Shown: positions 57,591 to 64,000 of the stretch, piece after piece
Layout of the letters: every line of letters starts with the position of its first letter
Numbering within the stretch: the stretch's first letter is position 1
Assembly (NCBI GenBank): GCA_904397845.1
Contig: CAJFOX010000032.1
Location: forward strand, 130-64,129
Direction of reading: 5' to 3'
Source of the DNA: an uncultured Oscillospiraceae bacterium
GTDB lineage: Bacteria; Bacillota; Clostridia; Oscillospirales; Ruminococcaceae
Length of the DNA stretch: 64,000 nt
Made by a program: the position numbers and the translations under genes
The notes under the pieces: generated by a model
Told to the model about the DNA's origin: nothing
Seen by the model: the letters and a program-made list of their open reading frames with translations, nothing else
The model's database searches: none

Positions 57591-58547
57591 CTATTCAAAA
57601 TCAGCAAAAACATACCCTTTTTCCTGCATCCCGTCGATAAAATCTCCCAGGACCTGCGCATTGGTGGAGGAAACGGCATGGAGCAGATAAATAGCGCCAG
57701 GGTGCGCCTTGTTTAACATGGAATTCAAAGCATCCGACGGGTTTGGCTGATTGTCAGTGTACCAATCCTGATAGGCAAAGCTCCAGAACAAGGATTTATA
57801 ACCACAGCTTTGCACCAAAGCCAGGGTTTGTTCAGAAAAATTTCCTTCAGGAAAGCGGAAAACAGACATTTTATATTGGTAAGTATCCAACATGTACTGA
57901 TGCAGGCTCATCAAATCCTCTTTTGCCTCTTCCAGAGAAAGGGAGGGGTAGGTAATATGCTTATTGCTGTGATTGCCGACAGTATGCCCTTCGTCAATCA
58001 TGCGCTGTACCAGATCCGGCTGCGCTTTGACATAGGGTAATGTGACAAAAAATACCGCATGTACGCCTTTTTCCTTCAAGGTGTCCAAAATATCGGCGGT
58101 ATAGCCGTTCTCATATCCTTCGTCAAAGGTAAGATAAATTTTTTCCGACGACGGCGCAATAAAATAGGCGTCATATTTCCCATATTTTTCCTGATAAGCA
58201 ACGGCTCCTTGCGAACGGTTCTCGCTGTCCACCGGTCCGCCGGGTCCCCAGCCCAGCGCTTCGCCGTTCAAAGCACCGATTTCGGCGAAATCGGTGCTCA
58301 TAGTCGGGGAAACAGATTCTTCCATGCTTTCCAGGGCGCTTTCCAAACGGCTTTCCAAGTCGCTGAGGACGCTGCTGCCTTCGCTCATCGAAGAGGATGC
58401 AGCGGAGGAAGAGGAACTGGTCTTGGACGAAGAGGAAGAAGAGCTGCTGGAACGGCTGGAAGAAGAGTCTCCGCCGGAGGTGCAGCCGCTCAAAGCCAGA
58501 AGCATAGCTACGGCGCAGGCCAGAGCGAGTGTTTTCTTCACTTTCAT
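57591..58547 (-). CDS. polysaccharide deacetylase (NodB-family) lipoprotein
   Basis: Start placed at ATG 58547 (GGAGG upstream). LALSGC lipobox, then a Ser-rich linker. LTFDEGYENGYT...HAVFFVT...GHTVGNHSNKH are NodB motifs. Confidence 0.88.
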   Translation of the reverse strand: MKVKKTLALACAVAMLLALSGCTSGGDSSSSRSSSSSSSSSKTSSSSSAASSSMSEGSSVLSDLESRLESALESMEESVSPTMSTDFAEIGALNGEALGWGPGGPVDSENRSQGAVAYQEKYGKYDAYFIAPSSEKIYLTFDEGYENGYTADILDTLKEKGVHAVFFVTLPYVKAQPDLVQRMIDEGHTVGNHSNKHITYPSLSLEEAKEDLMSLHQYMLDTYQYKMSVFRFPEGNFSEQTLALVQSCGYKSLFWSFAYQDWYTDNQPNPSDALNSMLNKAHPGAIYLLHAVSSTNAQVLGDFIDGMQEKGYVFADFE

Positions 58548-59202
58548 GATAGGACCTCCATGAATGGTTATTGTGAAATCGAAAATTGATTTCGCCACTA
58601 GTATGCGCAGAATTTTTCAAAGTATGGCAGGAAAAATTTTCGATTTTCAGTGCAAAAGACAGAGAAAAGTGGTGAAAAATTTTCATTGCAATCAGTATAT
58701 CTCTTTTTGTCGCAAAAAGGAAGAAGATTGCGAAAAAAGGACGGTTTGGAAAACAAAGGGAAATTTTTCCAGTTTTCAGGAAATGGGCCTTCCAAGCCGC
58801 CTTTGGATATCCGATGCTTCCTATCAAAGCTTTTTGCCGGCGCGCTCTATCCAGGGCAGTTTTATTTTTGCAGTGAAATCATTGCAAAGGAACCCCTGGA
58901 TCTGCACTTTTCTTCCTTGTCAGATGTTGTTGCGCCGGCCAGGATGCTTTATTGGGCTACTTTACGAGGAATGCCGCTTACGGAAAAGCAATTCATGCGC
59001 GCCGGCTGCCCAATGAGGATCCGGTCATCAAAGCATCCTACCATAATGGCCTTATCAAAATCCTGTGATTTTGAAAACAGCTTTGTTTGATTGTTTCCAT
59101 AAAGTGCGCGCCATCCAGTAAGGTCGTCTTTTTATTTGTGCAGAAACTGTTAATCGCACAAAATTTGATTTGGATTCTAGAAAAAAACAGTCAAATGTTA
59201 TA

Positions 59203-59254
59203 TTGACAAAATTTTCTACATGCGCTAAAATCTGTTCGTTTCCTAACAATTGTT
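59203..59254 (+). promoter_or_regulatory. promoter of the marR-ABC operon with a downstream 10-bp palindrome
   Basis: TTGACA (59203-08), 17 nt, TAAAAT (59226-31). A perfect palindrome AACAATTGTT at 59245-54 lies between the promoter and the marR RBS. Confidence 0.55.
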
Positions 59255-59297
59255 GCAAGGAGAGAAGGCTTGCAGGCGTAAAGGGGGAAGAATTTCA

Positions 59298-59723
59298 ATG
59301 GAAAAAGACTGTGGAATGTGGATTAATGTCCTGTCGCGAAAGCTGAAAAAGCGAATGAACGCCAATATGCAAAGTTTAGGCATTACTGGGGTGCAAAGCC
59401 GCGTAATGCATTACATCCTTGTGAAATGCGTTGACGGGCCGGTGTTCCAGCGTGATGTGGAAAGCGCTTTCGGATTGAGCCGTTCCACAGCCACCGGCAT
59501 TCTGCAGTTGATGGAGAAAAACGGTTTGATCCTGAGAGAGAGGGAGGCCAGCGATGCGCGCTTGAAGGTCCTGACTCCCACAGCCAAGGCGGCGCATTTG
59601 GACGCGCAGGTTGACGAGTACCTTCATCAGACGGAGCAGTGTCTTACGAACGGTCTGTCAAGCGTGCAGCTGGCGCTGTTTTTGGAAACCGCCGCACATA
59701 TGTCCGCGAATCTGGATAGATAG
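59298..59723 (+). CDS. MarR-family transcriptional regulator
   Basis: Trimmed to ATG 59298 (AAGGGGGAAG upstream). GITGVQSRVMHYIL...VFQRDVESAFGLSRSTATGILQLMEKNGLILRE...DARLKVLTPT is a MarR winged helix. Confidence 0.9.
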   Translation: MEKDCGMWINVLSRKLKKRMNANMQSLGITGVQSRVMHYILVKCVDGPVFQRDVESAFGLSRSTATGILQLMEKNGLILREREASDARLKVLTPTAKAAHLDAQVDEYLHQTEQCLTNGLSSVQLALFLETAAHMSANLDR

Positions 59724-59821
59724 CCGGCGCCTAGGCCCTTATGTTTTACAAGCAAGCTTATGCGTGCGCATGATGTGGCTGCGCATAAGCGCACGGGGCT
59801 AAATCATGTTTTGGAGGAGGA

Positions 59822-61579
59822 ATGTCACATATGGTAAAAACCCTTGCTCGCAGTATCCGCGAGTACAAAAAGTCGGCCATTCTAACGCCGCTTCTGGTCA
59901 CGGTTGAAGTGATTTTGGAATGTATCATCCCGTTTATTATCGCCAATTTGGTCAACCAGATGCAGGCTGGCTGCGGGATGGACGTTATTGTCAACTATGG
60001 GATTCAACTGGTGGTCATGGCCGTTCTATCGCTTATTTTCGGCGTTGCGGCCGGCAATACCTGCGCCACCGCTTCTACAGGCTTTGCGCGTAACCTGCGC
60101 AAAGACATGTTCTACCACATCCAGGATTATTCCTTTGAGAACATCGACAAATTTTCGGTGTCCAGCCTGGTGACTCGTATGACCACAGACGTCGTAAATG
60201 TGCAGATGTCCTTTATGATGATCATCCGCGTGGCCATCCGCGGCCCATTGATGCTGATCTTTTCGTTCGTCATGGGCTTTGTCATGGGTGGGCGCCTGGC
60301 TATGATTTTTCTTGTCACTATCCCGCTGCTGAGCATTGGACTGGTGTTGGTCATCCGTGCGGCTACCCCGATTTTTCGCCGGGTATTCCGCAAATACGAC
60401 GCGCTAAACGATTCCGTGCAGGAGAACGTGCAGGCGATGCGTGTAGTGAAGAGCTATGTGCGCGAAGAGTACGAGAAAAAGAAATTTGCCGCTGCGGCCG
60501 ATGATGTTTGCAGGGATTTCACCCGCGCTGAGCGCATCATGGCGCTCAACAACCCCATGATGCAGTTTTGCGTATACGCGGGTATGGCGTTTGTGTTGTC
60601 TTTTGGCTCATATGCAGTCATCACCAGCCAGGGGATGGAAATCGCTGTGGGCCAGATGACTTCTATTCTTACTTACAGTTTCCAGATCCTCATGAGCCTG
60701 ATGACGCTGTCTATGGTGTTCGTGATGATCACGATGTCGATGGAATCCGCGGAGCGTATTGTGGAAGTTCTGACGGAGAAGAGCGACCTGACCAGCCCTG
60801 AGAATGCTCTCACCGAAGTGAAGGACGGATCCATTGATTTCGAGAATGTCAGCTTTAAGTATTCCAAGAGAGCCGAGCGTATGGCGCTGGCCGACGTGGA
60901 TCTGCACATCAAGTCGGGCGAACTCATCGGCGTTTTGGGAGGGACGGGTTCGTCCAAGTCCACGCTGGTACAGTTGATCCCTCGCTTGTATGATGTCACC
61001 GAGGGTTGTGTCAAAGTGGGCGGCGTAGATGTGCGCAAATACGATCTGGAGGCTTTGCGCAACAACGTGGCTGTAGTGCTGCAAAAGAACGTGCTGTTTA
61101 GCGGCACCATCAAAGACAACCTTCGCTGGGGCAGCCCCAACGCTACCGACGAAGAGATGCTGGAAGCCTGCAAGCTGGCGCAGGCGGACGAGTTTATCCA
61201 GCAATTCCCCGACAAATATGATACGTGGATCGAGCAGGGCGGCGCCAATGTCTCTGGCGGCCAGAAGCAGCGTCTTTGCATTGCGCGTGCACTGCTGAAA
61301 AAGCCTAAGGTGCTGATCCTGGACGATTCCACCAGTGCTGTGGATACGCGTACGGATGCGCTGATCCGCCAGGGCTTTCGTGAATTTATCCCTGAGACTA
61401 CGAAGATCATCATCGCTCAGCGCGTTGCCTCCGTACAGGATGCCGACCGCATTATCGTAATGGATGGCGGGCGCATCAGCGCTGTTGGCAACCACGACGA
61501 GCTGATGAAGACCAGCGAGATCTACCGCGAGGTATATACTTCTCAGACCAAGGCAGGTGATCAAGATGGAGAAAAATAA
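59822..61579 (+). CDS. ABC exporter permease/ATPase, subunit with degenerate catalytic site
   Basis: 6-TM domain plus NBD. Walker A GGTGSSKST, signature VSGGQKQR, Walker B LILDDSTSAVD with Asp replacing the catalytic Glu. Confidence 0.9.
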   Translation: MSHMVKTLARSIREYKKSAILTPLLVTVEVILECIIPFIIANLVNQMQAGCGMDVIVNYGIQLVVMAVLSLIFGVAAGNTCATASTGFARNLRKDMFYHIQDYSFENIDKFSVSSLVTRMTTDVVNVQMSFMMIIRVAIRGPLMLIFSFVMGFVMGGRLAMIFLVTIPLLSIGLVLVIRAATPIFRRVFRKYDALNDSVQENVQAMRVVKSYVREEYEKKKFAAAADDVCRDFTRAERIMALNNPMMQFCVYAGMAFVLSFGSYAVITSQGMEIAVGQMTSILTYSFQILMSLMTLSMVFVMITMSMESAERIVEVLTEKSDLTSPENALTEVKDGSIDFENVSFKYSKRAERMALADVDLHIKSGELIGVLGGTGSSKSTLVQLIPRLYDVTEGCVKVGGVDVRKYDLEALRNNVAVVLQKNVLFSGTIKDNLRWGSPNATDEEMLEACKLAQADEFIQQFPDKYDTWIEQGGANVSGGQKQRLCIARALLKKPKVLILDDSTSAVDTRTDALIRQGFREFIPETTKIIIAQRVASVQDADRIIVMDGGRISAVGNHDELMKTSEIYREVYTSQTKAGDQDGEK

Positions 61580-63494
61580 AACCAATCCCCCCGCTACTAC
61601 GGCTCGAGGTCAGCGCGCGCCAAAAGGCGTTCTGCGCCGGCTGCTGCGCATGCTGTTTGAGTTTTACCCAGTGCTGCTGCCTATCACGATGGTATGCATC
61701 CTCATCAATGCTATCGTCAGTTCCGCTCCAGCTGTGTTCATGCAGAATGTTATTGCCGTTGTCGATGAAACTTACAAAAGCGGCGACTGGGCATCCGTTT
61801 CCGGCCGCATTCTCACTTATGTGGCCATCCTGGTCGTCATGTACGTCATCAGCCTGATTGCCGGCGCATTCTATACTCAGATGATGGCCATCATCACCCA
61901 GGGCTCATTGAAAAAGCTGCGTGAAAAAATGTTCAGCCACATGCAGGACTTGCCTATTAAGTACTTCGACACCAATGGCCATGGTGATATTATGAGCTAT
62001 TATACCAACGACGTGGATACGCTGCGCCAGCTCATCAGCCAGAGCCTGCCACAGATGACCATTTCAGGCATAACGCTGCTCGTCGTGTTCGGGATTATGA
62101 TGTACTACAGCGCCATCCTTGCCCTGTTGGTTGTTGCGGGAGTTGTCTGCATGACGTTTGCAGCACGGGCCATTACGAACCGTTCCTCCAAATATTTTCT
62201 GCGCCAGCAGGTCACGCTGGCTAAGGCTGAGGCGTTCATGGAGGAAATGATGTCCGGCCAGAAAGTTATAAAAGTATTTTGCCATGAGGAAAATGCAAAG
62301 GCGGATTTCGACAAAGTAAACGGCGAGATCTTCTTCAATGCCCGCAACGGCAACCGTTTCGCCAATATTTTGATGCCCCTGCTGGGTAACATCGGCAACG
62401 TAATGTATGTACTGGTGGCCCTGGTGGGCGGCGCACTGTTACTGACTGATGTACCGAACATCAGTATCTCCGGAATGGCGTTCAGCATCAGTATCGTCGT
62501 CCCATTCCTGAATATGACCAAACAGTTTGCAGGCGCGATCGGCCAGGTGTCGAACCAAGTGAATATGGTCATTATGGGCCTTGCGGGTGCACACCGTATT
62601 TTTGCTTTGCTGGATGAACAGCCTGAGGCTGACGAGGGCTATGTCACATTGGTAAATGCCAAGGAAAATGCCGACGGCAGCATGAGCGAGTGTGAGGAAC
62701 GCACCAACGTCTGGGCGTGGAAACACCGGCACCACGATGGTACCACGACCTATACCCGACTGCAGGGCGACGTGCGCTTTTACGATGTCAATTTTGGATA
62801 CACGCCGGAAAAGACTGTGCTGCACAATATTTCCCTGTATGCAAAACCTGGCCAGAAGGTGGCTTTCGTTGGATCTACCGGCGCGGGCAAAACTACAATT
62901 ACAAACCTCATTAACCGCTTTTACGACATTAACGACGGCAAGATCCGTTATGACGGGATTAATATCAATAAGATAAAAAAGGCAGACTTGCGCCACAGCT
63001 TAGGCATCGTACTGCAGGATACGAATCTCTTCACCGGCACGGTGATGGAGAATATTCGATATGGCAACTTGGATGCACATGACGAAGAGTGCATTGCGGC
63101 GGCGCGGCTTGCCGGTGCGGATGACTTTATCCGCCGCTTGCCCGATGGCTACAACACCATGCTGCAGGGCAACGGTGCGAATCTCAGCCAGGGCCAGCGC
63201 CAGCTGCTTGCCATTGCGCGTGCGGCTGTGGCTGATCCGCCGGTATTGATTATGGACGAGGCGACCAGTTCGATTGATACGCGTACGGAGGCCATTGTGC
63301 AGCGAGGGATGGATGCGCTGATGAGCGGACGCACGGTGTTTGTTATCGCGCACCGTCTTTCCACTGTGCGGAACGCCGATGCGATTATGGTGTTGGATCA
63401 CGGCCGCATTATTGAGCGCGGCACCCACGCGGATCTTATCAAGCTGAAAGGCACTTACTATCAATTGTACACAGGCGCGCTGGAACTGGATTAA
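61566..63494 (+). CDS. ABC exporter permease/ATPase, consensus-site subunit
   Basis: The start overlaps the upstream stop. Walker A GSTGAGKTT, Walker B LIMDEATSSID with catalytic Glu, atypical signature LSQGQRQ, H-loop IAHRL. There is a ~40-aa insertion before the NBD. Confidence 0.9.
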   Translation: MEKNKTNPPATTARGQRAPKGVLRRLLRMLFEFYPVLLPITMVCILINAIVSSAPAVFMQNVIAVVDETYKSGDWASVSGRILTYVAILVVMYVISLIAGAFYTQMMAIITQGSLKKLREKMFSHMQDLPIKYFDTNGHGDIMSYYTNDVDTLRQLISQSLPQMTISGITLLVVFGIMMYYSAILALLVVAGVVCMTFAARAITNRSSKYFLRQQVTLAKAEAFMEEMMSGQKVIKVFCHEENAKADFDKVNGEIFFNARNGNRFANILMPLLGNIGNVMYVLVALVGGALLLTDVPNISISGMAFSISIVVPFLNMTKQFAGAIGQVSNQVNMVIMGLAGAHRIFALLDEQPEADEGYVTLVNAKENADGSMSECEERTNVWAWKHRHHDGTTTYTRLQGDVRFYDVNFGYTPEKTVLHNISLYAKPGQKVAFVGSTGAGKTTITNLINRFYDINDGKIRYDGININKIKKADLRHSLGIVLQDTNLFTGTVMENIRYGNLDAHDEECIAAARLAGADDFIRRLPDGYNTMLQGNGANLSQGQRQLLAIARAAVADPPVLIMDEATSSIDTRTEAIVQRGMDALMSGRTVFVIAHRLSTVRNADAIMVLDHGRIIERGTHADLIKLKGTYYQLYTGALELD

Positions 63495-63557
63495 ACTGCT
63501 CCTGTGTGCCCAAGATGAAAGACCCCGGACCCTGATCTTTCCCGTATAGAAAGAACC

Positions 63558-63579
63558 AGAGCCCGGGGCTCTATTTTTT
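63558..63579 (+). terminator. intrinsic terminator after the ABC pair
   Basis: AGAGCC-cgg-GGCTCT followed by ATTTTTT. Confidence 0.6.
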
Positions 63580-63749
63580 ATATTTCTGTTGAAGAAGGCA
63601 GCCGTCACGCTCTAGAGAAACCTGTTTTTTCTTGGAAAGGGCAGGTGGTTTAGAGACTTGTCATGCCAAACCGACTTCGCGAACGGCATCTATTGGGCCT
63701 CTGCTTTGGTAGGTTCCAAGAAATTTGATCCGTTACGGCTAAATTCAAA

Positions 63750-64000
63750 TCATTCTTCCTGTAAATTCTCAAAAAAATAGATTGTGAAGTCTTCATTCGC
63801 GCCATATAAAAACAAATCCGGATACTGCCGCTGTATATCCGCCCTCTCATAATCATTGGTCTGGGTCAGTAAATTGTGAGCTTGTTCGCAGCGGTCAATC
63901 CAAAGAGATTGATATTCAGAATCGTCAACAGTACGATTTTCAAGGTCGGCAACTGTTCGAAGATGGAAACGCCGGCACCAAACGATGTCATTTTTATAAA
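63750..64000 (-). CDS. 3' part of an unidentified gene running off the right edge (partial)
   Basis: The minus frame is open for 82 codons from 63998 to stop TGA (63750-52): YKNDIVWCRRFHLRTVADLENRTVDDSEYQSLWIDRCEQAHNLLTQTNDYERADIQRQYPDLFLYGANEDFTIYFFENLQEE. It is not in the track because it has no start in the window. Confidence 0.5.
   Translation of the reverse strand, partial: YKNDIVWCRRFHLRTVADLENRTVDDSEYQSLWIDRCEQAHNLLTQTNDYERADIQRQYPDLFLYGANEDFTIYFFENLQEE

Noticed and set aside
63650-63856. A 68-aa minus-strand track ORF near the right edge.
   Set aside because: It overlaps, in another frame, the more protein-like open frame that runs from the window edge to the stop at 63750. Its sequence is Arg/Ile-rich noise.
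1-64000. Search for CRISPR arrays, IS elements or transposases, integrases, tRNA or rRNA genes, and known defence modules (RT, nucleases, cyclases next to the patatin gene).
   Set aside because: I noticed no spaced direct-repeat arrays, no terminal inverted repeats flanking transposase-like ORFs and no cloverleaf-like sequences. The patatin-like gene stands alone, flanked by a divergent MATE pump and the ser operon, with no CD-NTase or other signalling partner.

Overview
By gene content and protein sequences, this window looks like a core chromosomal segment of a Clostridia-type Firmicute, possibly Oscillospiraceae-like; that placement is inference only.

Gene layout:
- 1.4-17 kb: one co-directional S10-spc-alpha ribosomal cluster, rpsJ through rplQ. 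It includes secY, adk, map, a KOW-domain protein, infA and rpmJ. rpmD and rpmJ are missing from the ORF track and were read directly from the sequence.
- 17-27.6 kb: mixed envelope and transport genes. These are an EamA transporter, a DUF4870-like protein, a MATE pump, a protein with three peptidoglycan-binding repeats, a DUF4097 lipoprotein, a MerR regulator, a MOP-family flippase and threonine aldolase.
- 28-39.6 kb: a nine-gene purine operon, purE-C-F-M-N, IMP cyclohydrolase, an AICAR-formyltransferase-only purH, purD and a large purL.
- 39.6-44.4 kb: an interrupted PAS gene, a serine hydrolase, a second MATE pump and a patatin-like lipase.
- 44.7-48.2 kb: serC-serA-DUF1015.
- 48.2-51.4 kb, minus strand: a BtpA/SgcQ-like protein, an FGGY kinase and a sugar-phosphate isomerase, apparently one operon.
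- 51.6-64 kb: a GNAT, a methyltransferase, rubrerythrin, a third MATE pump, several lipoproteins, a NodB deacetylase, and a MarR regulator with a heterodimeric ABC exporter pair.

I saw no rRNA, tRNA, CRISPR array, transposase, integrase or obvious defence module, and no convincing novel multi-gene system.

The most interesting signals are cis-regulatory or decay features:
- A Ser/Cys-codon-rich leader ORF plus terminator upstream of serC.
- A long terminator-ended leader, with its own RBS-preceded ORF, upstream of purE.
- A textbook MerR-type promoter (19-bp spacer with a dyad) aimed at a decayed ABC ATPase remnant and the DUF4097 gene.
- About 360 nt of hairpin-rich sequence with no assigned feature at 24.2-24.55 kb.
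- A PAS gene split by an in-frame TAA.
- A DUF1015 gene translationally coupled to serA.

Most long antisense ORFs in the track are shadows of the real genes.
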